Shown here: in pieces, positions 27,285-40,900 of the stretch
Numbering within the stretch: the stretch's first letter is position 1
Layout: every line of letters starts with the position of its first letter
Assembly (NCBI RefSeq): GCF_036321535.1
Contig: NC_087437.1
Span: forward strand, 118,174,001-118,238,000
Length of the DNA: 64,000 bases
Source of the DNA: Camelus dromedarius
Lineage: Eukaryota
Direction of reading: 5' to 3'
Program-made: the position numbers and the translations under genes
The notes under the pieces: generated by a model
What the model was told of the DNA's origin: nothing
The model's database searches: none
Seen by the model: only the letters and a program-made list of their open reading frames with translations

Positions 27285-28345
27285 AATTTTTTGAATACTT
27301 TTTAAGAGCATTTTTAAGTTTACAGAAAAATTTCACTAAAAGTAGAGATAGTTCCCATATACCTGTCCCCACACCCTACAGTTTCTCTCATTATTAGCAA
27401 TTTGCATTAGTGTGATACATTTGTTGTAGTTAATGAACCAATATTTAGACATTACTATTAACCAAAGTCCATGGTTTACACTGAGGTTCAATCTGTGCTG
27501 CACAGTTCTATGAATAATGTCATGTGTCTGCCATTAAAGTATTATATAGAATAGTTTCACTGCCCTAAAAATGTCCAGTGATCCACTTATTCACCTTCCT
27601 TCCCTCCTCCAACCCCTGGTAATGACTGATCTTTTTACTGTCTCCACAGTTTTGACTCTTCCACAATGTCATATAGTTCGAATCACACAGTATACAGCCT
27701 TTTCAGATTGGCTGCTTTCACATAATAGTATGCATTTAAGTTTCCTCCATGTCTTTTCGTGGTTTGATAGCTCATTTCTTTCTATCACTAACACTCCATT
27801 GCATGGATATACTAGTTTGCTTATTGTTAAAGAAAAATTATTTCTGATACTTGTTAAAATGTAAAGGATGACTTTACTCAAGACTTTTGCAATAGGGCTC
27901 ATGACTATTCCAATTGAGAGAGAATTTTTTCTCAACTCCAAATATAGTAAGAACAAGTGAGGATTTATAGCCAACAAGCAGAGTGAGGGGGTTAGTGGAT
28001 GGAAAATTACTAAGAGGAGACATCAAGGTTGAGGAGATTCTTGCCAAAGGCAGGCCCAAGACTTATTCACATCAAAGGTAAGATGACAAACATGACTGGA
28101 TGTCAAGAGTGATCAGGTATCAAAGGTGGGGAATGACTTAGCAGGATTCTTGCTAAAACTGGGCTCAGGGATAACAGACACAGAAGGTCAAGGTCAAGGA
28201 CTATTCAAGAAAAGGGCTCAGAGGAGCCTGACTCAAGTTTAGTCAAGGAGAGGATCTGTCACTCTTCATTCACATGCTGAAATACATCTTTGTTGTGTCC
28301 AATTTTTGGCAAGTATGAATAAAGCCACTGTAAATTTCAAATGCA
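27285..28345 (-). mobile_element. L1MC/MD-type 3'-end fragment, split by an LTR
   Basis: 'ttttaagtttacagaaaaa...gttcccatatacc...tttcagattggctgctttcac'. Resumes after 28261 with 'cattcac...catctttgttgtgtccaatttttggcaagtatgaataaagc'. Confidence 0.75.
27825..28261 (-). mobile_element. Solo ERV LTR (ERV1/MER4-group-like)
   Basis: TG...CA termini (tgttaaagaaaaattatttc ... ggatctgtca). It interrupts a contiguous L1 3'UTR. Reverse-strand polyA-like signal near the left end. Family not certain. Confidence 0.7.
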
Positions 28346-30789
28346 GGTGATTCTGTCCTCCATCTGGAAACTTAAGGCAGTAAACCGGGGCAATCACTGG
28401 GCTCAGCTGTTTCTTCCAGTTTCTCACGGACCACTTTCCTTCACCAACTGATGGCCAGTCTTGAAAACTGTTGCTTTTTATGTTTTGTCTGTGTGCTGTT
28501 GTTGTTTCAGATAAATGGGTAAATTTGGTCTCTGCTACTCTATCTTGGCCATAAGCAGAAGCCCCAGTCAAACGTTATTAACCACAATTTACTAAGGAGA
28601 GAACAATCACTAGAAATGTTTTGACTTGCCCAAGGTCATGTAGCTAATTACTATTTGCTAAGGAGAAACATAACACAGCAGGGCAGTGCTGTTTCAAGTC
28701 GCCCATCTGTATTTCAGTCCTCAGAACAAAAAGGGCAAGAAAGCATTTTATTTAAAGGAGAACTAGGATTGCTGATTAAGGAGACGATGGATGAACCTTT
28801 CTTGTTTTGTTGACAGTCAGACCTAAATCAAAGTCACTGAAAACTGTTAAAAATAAGAATTCCATGTACTTCCAAAGGAGAGATTATGAGGCCATTTTAC
28901 CTAATGGATTATTCCAGGAAAACCACAATGCCAGTCGAGAGGGACACTGAGACATTTTGGAGAATACGCCCTGAGTCGTTCTGCTCAAACCTGCAGTACA
29001 GCCATCACTGAGTAACATAAATAACCCTTACCTGACCTTCCAAATAGACATCCAGCTCTGTACTAGCATCGACATAACAATGGTGAAACCAGATTTTCAA
29101 GCACCCAATAAATAATCTAAAAGGCTACTGCAACCATAATGTGCTCATAAGAAGTTGTAAAATTAAATGAGAAAAGAGATTTCATTTGGGCAACATGACT
29201 ATTGGTCTTGTGTGTTCTAACTGACATGGCAGTGGTGTGTACGACAGACTCAGGTGTAAGAACACCAGCACATAAACAGCAAGCATGCGGCAGCATGGAA
29301 GGGGGAAGGCTGCATGGATGTCAGATAAGATGGAGGAATTTCCACCCCTCTAAAACTCACATGGTCCATTCCATGACAAATTTAGAAAACAGCAGTTAAA
29401 ACAGAAGTAAGCATTTAATTCTTTTATCTGACAGGAAACCCAAGGCAGAAATAACAGATTAACACCTACAAGTATAGCTGTTTGAAGTTTCAGGTTTTAC
29501 TATAAGTGGTACTTTGAAGTTTATAAAAATGTTTTTATGACACATCATTAACCTTGTCAGCCTGCCAGGGAGAAGGCATTCACTATGTCTCCCTGTTTGT
29601 CAGCCTTAGAAGTTCCTATACAAATTTCATGTGCTTTATTTTAATTCTTTGGGGTATCAACTTTTCACAACGCCAATTGATTAAAGCCAATGTTTTTCTC
29701 CCTTTCTTAACCGCATTTTCATGCAAGTCTTGGATTCATGAGCATGTCATGGAGATCAAGCTAGAGTTGGGAAATGACTAGCTAGCAGAACGAGTCGTAG
29801 TCTGATGTTTGATTGCTTACATCAAAGAGATCACATGCAGGAATTCAGAAACATCTCATATTATGTTCATGTTGTGATGACTTCAAGTAGCACCTTCACA
29901 CTTGCTGCAGAAATTATTACAAAGCTCCCCCAGCTACCTGGTGCCTAAGACAATAATCAAAGTCACATTTTCTTTACCCCATCATTATACAATGTCAGTC
30001 TACCATAGTATTTGGAAGGCTAAGCTTTAAGAAAGGTAGCAACACTGTTTGCTAACTGGAGTCTAGCTGCGTTTATTATTTTCTGGGCTTTATTAAAGGT
30101 ACAGAATGACACTGTGTCCTGTATGTATAACCGTCAACGTCTCTGAACCTCAGATTGTATTCCTGGTTTGGCTTGTAGCAATGGCAATTTAAAAAATGCA
30201 GTATGATGTTAAAAGGAATGTAATTGATTCAGGGTTTATTTATTGACAGCACTTTAACATGTGACAGTCAAAAATGTTAAAAGAGCCTTTTTTTAAAAAC
30301 TTCACAAAGACTGTAAGAATATTAGATTGATTCTGTTTCACTAACAATAAACACTGATGCAACAGTTTTATTCCATCAATTCCTTGTCCACTGTTCTCCC
30401 TTTGCCCTCCCTACTCCCCTGCTGCCTGCCTTTAGGATGGAGTCATAGGGGAAAGAGCAGAGAGGGGGACATGAAAGCAAACACACTGGGTGTGAAATAC
30501 TAAAACTTAGTATCAATTAGTTAAAATACAGTAAGTTTGGGATATAGTTTAGACCTTATCGACTTGATATCATTAATTTCAAGTTCTAGTTCCAGCAACG
30601 TGAAGCACTCCAAAATCCAGTCAAAAGATGCTCTGACATCTCAAAGCAGCATCTCAGTCAGTATTAGACTGAACTGATGATAGGATTTCCACTGATTCTC
30701 AGCTGATGACTTTTTCTCTCCCCATTTTTTTTTACAACATCCTCAGAAAATACCATAATGCCTGGAACAGAAGCCAACTTTCCATTATA

Positions 30790-30945
30790 ACTGTGACCCA
30801 ACTTGATTTATTTGTCCATTGTCTGACTCCCTCATTAGAACACAAGTTCTGTGAGGAAGGAACCCATGCTTTTCCCCCCATCCACCCTGTGTACCTGGCA
30901 CAGTGCCTGAATCAAAACAGAAGCTCAAGGAGTATTTGTTGAGTG
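30790..30945 (+). mobile_element. L2 3'-end fragment
   Basis: 'ttagaacacaagttctgtgagga...acctggcacagtgcctga...ctcaaggagtatttgttgagtga'. Confidence 0.7.
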
Positions 30946-31351
30946 ACTACATTAAAACTGACCCAAGAATGGTATTGCAAACTTAATGTTAGTTCCACTG
31001 AAGGATTTCTCCCTTTTTCAGTGTTTGGTGATTTACAGAAACAGGGTTGTTAGGGAATATGTCTGCATTGAATGGGGTTGTTCTTGACATGTCTTTGTTC
31101 AAACAGCAAAAACGTTGACTAAAAATAGAAATACCTCAGCAAGAAAAAAGCTACAGGTGAATTTACAGGAATCTGTATATTTGTTTCACTGAGGACGAGA
31201 ACCACTAATTTGAGTTTTAGTTCCAACAGTAAATAAGGCACTCTAGGATCCAGTCAAGAGATGCTCTGACATCTCAAAGCAGCCATTAGAAGAGTGGACA
31301 AATGAGAGGATTTTCATGGGTTCTCAGCTGTTGGCATATTGTCTGTCATTA

Positions 31352-31774
<423 letters not shown>

Positions 31775-32370
31775 TCATCCTTCAATCAGCTTGGCCTCAG
31801 GTGGTTATGCTGAGAAACTGTCATGAGGCTAATCTACACCGAAATAATTCAAAATTGCTCAATCTATTATAGACAGAGAGGCCAGTACTGAAAAATGTGG
31901 CCCATGTTTATCTCATATTTTGTCCACAGGCTAAGTTATCCTGGATCTTAACTTTGAAAAGATTACTCTTCAACCCCCTGCCCCACACCCTGTTCCATCT
32001 CCAAGGTACTGACCACTACTGGAATTTACATTGTGCATTTCGTATTCATTTATTGAATGATATAGGCCCTCAAGAACAAAAGGCCCATTAAGAGCAATGC
32101 CATGATTTGCTCACACTATTGAATAGGGCACAGAGCAGAACAGCCAGTGGGTACTTAATAAGAAGGTACTGACTGAATGACTAAATCTAGTTGCTAGGAT
32201 CAAACTGCTCTTGTTGAAAGGTACATTGAGAGCTAATTCTGAGTGAAATTCATCACAGTTTTTTTAATTAAAATTAAAGATCATACGTAAAGCATTTTAA
32301 AAAGCACAGTTGGTTTTCTGAACATAGTGTCCAATTAACAATGCATTTTTTTAAAAAAAAATGCATTTTT

Positions 32371-32580
32371 AAAATATATTTTTTATTGAAGCATAGTTGG
32401 TTTACAACGTGCTAATTCCTGGTATACAGCTTAGAGATTCAGTTACACATACACATATTCCTTCTCATATTTTTTTCATTATAGGCTATTACAAGATACT
32501 GAATATCATTCCCTGTGCGATACAGTAGGTCCTTATTGTTCATCTATTTTTATATAGTAGTTAGTATCTGCAGATACTAG
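32371..32580 (-). mobile_element. Short L1 3'-end insertion with TSD
   Basis: 'ttttattgaagcatagttggtttacaa...ttattacaaga-like...ttccctgtgcgatacagtaggtcc'. TSD caatgcattttt at 32339-32350 and 32581-32592. Confidence 0.8.
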
Positions 32581-32828
32581 CAATGCATTTTTCATTGAAA
32601 ATATGTAGCACTAATAAAGAGAACTTTGACAAAAGTAACATTCAATTCCACCAGCCTATGACAGATTCTGTTTCAATTTATCTCTTCTGATCCATCTGCC
32701 TACATGCCCATATAATTAAACTATGTCATAATGTGCATACATAAAACATGCAGTTGTTACAGATTCTGCTTCATTCTCTTAACATTACTTCATGTACATA
32801 ATGCCATGTTTCACAGACTTCACAAGTA

Positions 32829-32975
32829 CAGCTGACCCTGGACAACATCGGTTTGAACTGCATGGGTCCACTTACATACAGACTGTTTTACAGTATTACA
32901 CTATCTGCAGGTAGTTGAATCTTTGGATGCAGAGGAACATCAGATATAGATAGTGGACTGTAAGTTACATGGGTA
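32829..32975. mobile_element. MER8/Tigger2-like DNA transposon fragment
   Basis: ta|cagctgaccctggacaacatcggtttgaactgcatgggtccacttac matches the recalled Tigger2 terminus. Confidence 0.7.
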
Positions 32976-33329
32976 TGGACACTTTATATAATATGATTTT
33001 CTAAACTATTTCCCTAATCTGGGCTACTTTAGTTGTTTCTGTTTTGATTACTACAAATAAAATGTCTGCAAACCTGTTCACATACATTTGGCTTTTTCAT
33101 TTATTGAATGCCTCATTCATTTATGGAGTATCCTTTATGTGAACCAAAGAAAATTAACTTGTAGAATCCAAAAATTAAAAAAAAGATGTAAAAACGCCAT
33201 GAAGACCTACTTCCCAGATGTCTGTGCTTATATATGGCTTTCTAAAAACAAGTGCATACCCAGTCACATATTCACAAGAGAAAAAAGAAGCCCTAGACAT
33301 TGGAATTCATGTCACTGGGCAGAGATGAG

Positions 33330-33520
33330 AGTAACATTTATTATGCCCACGCCGTACCTGGCCATGTCATGAAACTCAAGGTGTTATTTCATTTACTCTT
33401 GTGAACAACAGCCCTACCAGGTGAGCACAGGTTCTTCTCTGCAGAAGATGAGGTGGAGACTCAGAGGAGTCACTTGAGCCAGAATTCAAGGCTAGGAGGT
33501 TGCAGAACGAGGACTCAGTC
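33330..33520 (-). mobile_element. MIR fragment
   Basis: 'aacatttattatgcccac...gaagatgaggtggagactcagagg...agaattcaag'. Confidence 0.55.
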
Positions 33521-35011
33521 TTCCTGATGCAGGTTTTATTTCATCATATGGCTGTCCTTATTGTACAAAGCCCAGTCTTGGGGGAGCTGTATTCATGAGA
33601 TTTGCTGCCCTCCAGATATCTTACTTGGACATCCATCCGCTTTCTCTCGGTCTCTGTCACCAGAAGGACCATGAGTTTGCCCCATGGCCAGTACTGGCTA
33701 TCTCTGAGCTGGCAGCAGAGTGAACGCCATTTGTCAAAAGATATTGGAGAAAAATACACTTTGTAAAAGTGACAGATTTTTCTCAAAGAGAAGCCAGGCA
33801 GTGGTGTTCATCAAATAGTAATCATTTGATGGTTTTCTCCCCGAAACATAACCAAAGTCTTTAGCAATGCTCCGTAAATCAGAATATCAACATCATTTCT
33901 AACTAAGAAATTAGTTCAGACCAGAAGCATAGTTATCAGTTAAACACTGCAGCTTTCCACTCAAATAAAAATGCTGATAGTACCACTGTGATTTTGAGTT
34001 TTCTGGGAATTAGACTTTACCCAAAACATACTGTTAGGAATGAGGTAACTGTCACTCTTGAGGCTAATTAATTCCACCCAGATTCATTCTTTCCCCTCCC
34101 CACATTACTAGTCTGTCAACTGAACTGTGGGTAATTCAAACTAAATGAAATTTAGTCATACTGGAATTTGCTCTCTTGTATCATAAAAATAGCCTTGTTA
34201 AGAATGGCAGTTTTTGAAAATATAAGTGTGTATAAAAATATTTCTTAATTAAATGTAGAGTTTCATCTCGTAAGCCACATTCTAAGACTCAGCTTATGAA
34301 ATTATTTAAATGACTGTGAGAAAAATGCAAAATAAATGTTTAATCCTAGTAGTTAAAGAGATAAGTGACCTGTGGGGGATTACTGTCACTTCTCCTTACA
34401 TTTTTTTAGGTATTTCACTTGAGTCTTTCTATTTCACACCACTGAGCTTAATAATGTAACATAAACTCATTCTCTAAGATACACATCATATGGCCACAAG
34501 CAAAAGAAAACCCAAACTATATTCCAACAGCTTTTATTTCCTCCATCTAAGGGACCATCCATCTGCTTAAACAATGGTACTTCATTTTATGGAGGGCTGC
34601 ATGCACTTTAAATACAGTAACATTTGCTCCCTCCAGTAAGGGCACAGGCAATCTTAATGTGAATTGTGTGTATATATGAAAGTTCCTTAAAAATAATTGC
34701 AGTTTATTAACAGAAAAGCTAAACAAAACATTTTGCAGAATATTGTTGTGAGATTCAAGGTATAAAATCCTGGGGTATGAACACTAAGGGCACTAAAGGA
34801 AGGGGCTCTGGAGAACTGTTTCTTCGCATGCAGATTTCTCCATATTTTATATCATTATAACAGATGGTATAACCAAGGCTCCAGTGATAAACAGAAAGGA
34901 GAATGTTACTCTAAAAATAAAAATAAGTCAATATTGCTTTCTTTAAAATTCAAATACGGCAAAGTGAAAGGAAGAAATGTGGGAGAAACTGTACAGGAAG
35001 CAATGCCATGA

Positions 35012-35400
35012 GCATTCATTCATGCAACAGTATTTATTGAGCAACTGTTATGTGCAAGGCCCTGTGCAAGGTCTCAGTTACACAGATCTATAGGAGTCAT
35101 GTTACTGCTCTCAAGGAATTTTTGGTCTAGAGGGTGCCATGCTCATGTTAGGAGATCAATGATAACTGTTTGCTGAGTGTTGTGACAGAATTAGCAACAA
35201 AGTGCTACAGAAACATAAATGATGGAGAAATTAACCCAACCTGGGGAAAATGAGGAAAGCTTCCCAAAGGAGAAGGGAAAGCATATTCTAGGCAGAAGGC
35301 AAAGACATGTTAGGACACTGAGTTGTCACAGGCAGGAGAAAAGTCAGAAGATACTGGATACCAGGAACTTCAGGGCAGAACTGACAGTCACACAGAATCT
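35012..35400 (-). mobile_element. L2 fragment (probably continues at about 36180-36700 after an L1 insertion)
   Basis: 'cattcattcatgcaacagtatttattgagcaactgttatgtgcaaggccctgtgc'. Confidence 0.7.
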
Positions 35401-35624
35401 TGCAGAGGAAGCTTCAGGGTCTTAATAATCACTGCTTCTGTACATACTTACTCAGCACCTAGCAAGTACCTGTCACTTGCTAAAGCCTTGGGATATGCTT
35501 ATGCCCAAGGTTTGAAGGGTGATCCTTGGAAGCTTCCATTTCAAAAGTTTATTGTGAAGTCTAGATCATAAGCGTGTCAGACCTCAAGCTAAGAAGCATG
35601 TGCTTAATTCTGGGGACAATAGGG

Positions 35625-36172
35625 AGCCCCATCCCTAGGCATACATCCAAGAGGAATGAACACATGTCTGTGCAAAAACTTGTGTACAAATGCTGAAAGC
35701 AGTGTTATATCTAATAGTCAATGTGGAAACAACTCAAGTGTCCATCAACTGAAGAATGGATGAACAAAATGTGGTATACCCATGCAATGGAATTATACTC
35801 AGCAATAAAGAGAAACGAAACCCTGACGTGTGTTATACTCAGGGATGACTCCTAATGACATTATGCTAAGTGAAAAGAGTAAGTCACAAAAGAGCACATA
35901 CTACATGATTACACTCACGTGAAATGCCCCGAAAAGGGAACTCTATATAGAGACAGAAAGTGGACGAGTGGTTTACTTAAGGGTGGAGGTGAGGGTGAAT
36001 GGGGAGGAGGGTGACAGACACAGAGTGTCTTCCTGAGATGATTAAAATGGTCTAAAACTGACTGTGGCAAAGGTTGTACATACCTGAGAACTGACTAACA
36101 AAAACCCCTGAAATGTACAAATAAGTGAAAGGTTTTATGTGTAAATTATACCTCAATAAAGTTGCTTTAAAA
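35625..36172 (+). mobile_element. L1MB-like 3' end
   Basis: 'aagtgtccatcaactgaagaatggatgaacaaaatgtggtata...tatgctaagtgaaa...aaattatacctcaataaagttg'. Confidence 0.85.
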
Positions 36173-36729
36173 ACAGTCAATGAAAGTTTTGAAATAGAAC
36201 AAGCAATTTTATGGAATATAGTTTTAGAAAGTAAACACTGGGTAGATGAGGAGTGAAGACTAGAGGCAGGAAGTCTGCTGTGGGAGTGGCCCAGTCCTTC
36301 CTGGGCATGGGTGGTGTGAAGGGAGGAGAAAACCCAACTATACAGATATGTCTGATACGATCTGCCAGAATTCATGGGCAAGGCATGGAAGTAATGAGAG
36401 TGAGGACAAGAAATAAGTGAATATGCCTGATTGCATAGTTACAGTGAGCGCGCAGAGAACATACAGGGCAGAGCCAGCTGGGTAAACAACGTCAGCTCTA
36501 CTGAGGTTAAGTGGGCACTGACCCTTTGGCCACCCACTAGCAAGTTGAGGACAGGGGTGTGTGAGGTCTCAGAGAGAGTCTACACTTAGGGAAGCTGAAG
36601 CCAACCACTGGGTGAGATACACCAAGAAGAATGTAAAGAATCAGAAGAGACAAAAACCAATGATGGATCCTCAGAGATAGTTAATATATAAAAGGTGAGC
36701 AAAGGATATGGGACCACAGACTTGCACGC

Positions 36730-37625
36730 CAAATACATAATGAACTCCTACATGTCAATAAGAAAAAATAATCTATTAAAAAATGGGCAAAAGACTTAGA
36801 TGGTCACTTCACAAACTGCAATGTATAAATGGCCAATAAGCACATGGAAAAATATTCAATGTCACTAGTTATCAGGGAACTGCAAATTAAGGAGTTACCA
36901 CTACACACTTGTCTGAATGACTGAAATGGAAAAAATAGGATATACTGAGTGTCTCAAGGATGTGGAGCAACATGAAACACACACACACTGCAAGCAGGAA
37001 CGTAAACTGATAAAACTGTTCTGGAAAGCAGTTCATCAGTATTTACTACAGCTAAACCTATTCATACCTTATGACTCAACAATTCAACTGGTAGGTATTT
37101 ATCCAACTGAATGTATGCATATGCTCACAAAAAATGCACACTGGAATATTCGTAGCAGTACTATTTGTGAGTCCCAAACTGGAAATCACTCAAATATCCA
37201 TCAATAGTCAAAAAAATTGATAAATATATTGTGATCTATTTGCACACTGAATCAATATACAAAAATAAGAATGAAATAACTACAATGACAAACAAAAATA
37301 TTATGAATCTCAAAGCCATAATGTTGAAGAAAAGTAAATAAACACAAGAGTACATATTATATTATTCCATTTATATCAAGCATAAACTAGGAAAAATTAA
37401 CCTATGATGTTAAGAGTCAGGATAATGGTTTTCATGGGGTGGGAGATGGACATGGAGAACAGAAATGGTATGAGGGGGCACAGGCTGCTGGCTGTGTTCA
37501 TTTTCTTGATCTGGGTGTTGGGTACACTGATGTGTTCAGCTGATGAAAATTTCATTGAGATGTACTCTGTTATATGCATACTTCTATGTATGTATTCTAT
37601 ACTTCAATTAAAACATTAAATATTT
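36730..37625 (+). mobile_element. L1ME/MC-like ORF2 end and 3'UTR
   Basis: 'aaaatgggcaaaagacttag...ttcatacc ttatgactcaacaattc' (PYDSTIQLVGIYP peptide), ending 'tatacttcaattaaaa'. Confidence 0.8.
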
Positions 37626-38299
37626 TAAAGAAATGGGAAAAGAAAGAAATATAAAGATAAAGAAGAAATTATGAGATCCATAGCCCAAATCCTAGAGAGA
37701 ATGAAGCTCTTAGGAAAAGGACAGCATTTTCAAAAGTCAACCAACAGTTTTCAACAGTGTCAGTTGCTCCACAGATATCAGAAAACATAAAAACTAAAAC
37801 AGACTATTAGATTTGCAAATTGGGTATTTTTATTTGGAATGGAAAACCCATTTAGGACCAAAACACTTTTATTGATTTCATAGGAAAATGTGAGTGGATA
37901 GGCTTAGTAAAATGAATTACTTCTATAAAGGCCTTCCAAAATGAAAAGAAATACACCTAAGCCTTAGGTAGACATTATCTAGAAAGTATAACCTTTAGCT
38001 CATTCTGAGACTCCAGAATGTTTTCAGGTTTGAATAAACACTTTGAAATTTAATGTCATCTTGATTAGACAATCTGAAAGGAGATAAATGGATGTCCTCA
38101 TAATGACTTGGAAAGCATTCCAACTGTCTACAAAATAATTCCAATTAAGTTACAAAAATATGCTTATCTGTTATAGCAATTGTGCATGTAACTCTAATAC
38201 ATTTCAATCATTCTGTCTACTCCCCAGCACTGAAGGAGCAATGCAACTGTCTTCATGAATAAGAATTGGATAAAACTTCACAATGACATAGAACTTAAA

Positions 38300-40900
38300 A
38301 ATATGAAATTCTGTCTCTGCCCATGATGAAACAACAAAACAGGAGCTGGATTTACCCTCCTGCAAGTAAACATTCAGTCAATACAAAGCAGTAAGCTGTG
38401 AAAGAAGGAAACAAGTGAGATGGGCCCCACTCGCATCCAGCTTAATGCCTGGAGAAAGTTACCACATCATCTCTAAAAAGAACTTGGCGGAATTTTTGAG
38501 TTGAGTAGACCAAATGTGAGGCTTGGGGCGGTCAAGACTGCCAAGTTTACAAAGCAAAGAGAAGGAAGTTGCATGTTGGAGAAGCTTGAGAGTGTGAAGA
38601 AGATTCCTTTTGATGAGTCTTTAGCTGTGGACCGATATTTACATATGTGTGAGGAAACTACTAATGCTGGCTAAGAAACACTACAATGGAGCAGGTAGAA
38701 AAATCCCTGAAGCTCAAATCAGGGAGGGTCTAGTCCATGTTCCAGCCAGAGTGGAAGAACTAATGCATGGGGTATCAGACAGAATACTCAGAAGTGTGTC
38801 ACCATAACAGATAAACTCACCATAACAAGGTTTTAAAAGGATCCTCAAATGGATTCCAGAAGAGATTAAATTGATTCCAAGTAATTTAACTGCACAACAA
38901 ATAAATTTCAATGCTGATTAATGAAGAAGAACAAAATCCAACAATCGATAATGTGAAGTTTACAACGTCTGGCATCCAATAAGAAACTGGACACAAGTAG
39001 GAAAATATGACCTATTATCAGAAGTAAATTTATTCAATACAAGCAGACACAGAAATGACAGATGACAGAATTAGCAGGCATGGACATTAAAAGAGCTGTT
39101 ATAAATATCCCAATATCTTCGAGATAGTAGAGGAAAGCAAGGGCATACTGATGAGAGAAATGGAGAATATAAAAACAGCCAAAATGAAACTTCTTGAGAT
39201 GAAAACTACTTGAGATTGAAAATTTCTTGAAGTAAAAAACAGGCAAGTGGAATTAACAGAAAATTAGATTTTGTAGAAGAAAATATCAATGAACCAGAAG
39301 GCAAAGAAATAGAAGATACACACACACAAAAAAATAAAACAAAGGAAAAAGGCTCAAAGACAATAAACGTAAAATCAGTGAGAGGTGGGACAATATCATG
39401 TGGCCTAATATATGTATAATTGGAGTTCCAGAAGGAAGAACTCAGACAGAAAAATTTTTTTGTGGATTAATACCCAACATTTTCAAAATTTAATGAATGT
39501 CAAAATCCCAAATATCCCATAAATTTAATGGATACCAAACAGAAGAAACATGAAGAAAATCACACCATGACACGTCATAATTAAATTGCTGAAAGCCAGC
39601 AATAAACAGAAAAATATTAAAAGCAGCAAATTTTTTAAAAAATAAACATTACAATGCAGAAAAACAAAAGTAAGAATGATGACAAACTAATCAGAAACAA
39701 AGTAAGCCAGAAGTGGAGAAAAAAAATTAAAGGATTATTTAAAGAGAAAAAAATCTTTCAATTTAAAATTCTATACCTAGCAAAAAAAAATCATAAATGA
39801 AGGCAAAATAATGACTTTCCAGATATTCAAAAGCTAAGAGATTTCACTGACAGTGGACCAGCAGTATAATGAATGTTAAAGAAAGTCTTTCAGGTAAAAG
39901 GAAATTGATACCAGACAGAAGTTTTTGACTTCTCAAAGGAAATGAAGAATGTCAAAAATGATATTTTATGTGAGTAAATATAACAAACATATTTCCTCAT
40001 TTAAAAAAATCATCAAAAGACAATTTACTGTTTAAAGCAAAGATGATAATACATTGTGAAGTTATATAGAGAGAGATAAAATGAATAACAATATTAGCAC
40101 AAAGACAGGTGGGAGGAGGGAAATAACAATCTATGGTTGTAAATTTCTTCTATTATACATTGCTTTATAATAGTATTTGAAAGAAGATCACGTTAGTTTA
40201 AAGACAAATATTGTAAACCCTAAAGCAAACCTTAAGAAACAAACAAAATGAAACTTAGACATTAAACAAACCATTATTGTAGATAAAATTGATAATTTAA
40301 AAAATTCCATTAATCCAAAAAGAGACAAGGAAAGAAAAAAAAAGAACGGAGTAGATGAAATAAATAGGAAGTAATTATCAAGATGGTAGATTTAAATCTA
40401 ACCAAATTGATGTTCACATTAAACATAAATGGCCTAAATACTTCAATTAAAAGGCAGAAATTGTCAAACTGGATGAAAAAAATCAAGATTTAACTCTATG
40501 TAATCTAGGAAATCCATTTTAATTAAAAGATAAGTAGTTTAAAAGAAAAGGGATAGAAAAACATACCAGTCTAACACTACTCAAAAGAAAGCTGGAGTGG
40601 CTACATTAATATCAAAGTAGATTTCAGGATAAGGAATATTGCTAAATGGTTACTTTCTAATGATAAAACGGTCGATTCATCAAAAATACTTAACAATCCT
40701 AAATGTTTAAGTATCTAATCAGAACTTTAAAGCACACAAAGCAATTCTGCTAGAATCAGAGGGAGAAATATCAAATCCAAAAGGAGAACTGGAAACTGAG
40801 TTTCTTTTTTAGTGCTGATCGGTATTGGGGTGATATATCAGTTTTTTGTTGAGATTTTATCTGCCTTATTAAATTTTGATATTAATAAACTGTTCACAGA
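38300..40900 (+). mobile_element. Ancient L1M 5' region, ORF1 and start of ORF2 (degenerate)
   Basis: A-rich strand. 'ataattggagttccagaagga', 'cataattaaattgctgaaa', 'aaaattctatacctagcaaaa', 'aaagaaagctggagtggctacattaatatc' are L1 ORF1 and endonuclease-region motifs. Confidence 0.8.

Larger units (their letters stand above)
21225..28560 (-). mobile_element. Large ancient L1M (L1MC/MD-like) relic spanning 3'UTR to 5' end, with deletions and nested insertions
   Basis: 3'UTR near 21225. Degenerate ORF2 (RT then EN) over about 22000-25200. ORF1-like peptide at 25891-26103 (-): INPQIQGAQQT...RHIIIKLLRTNNEEKMLK...RGTKIRMTIDFSSESM. L1M 5'-end-like sequence at 28345-28560. Confidence 0.85.
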
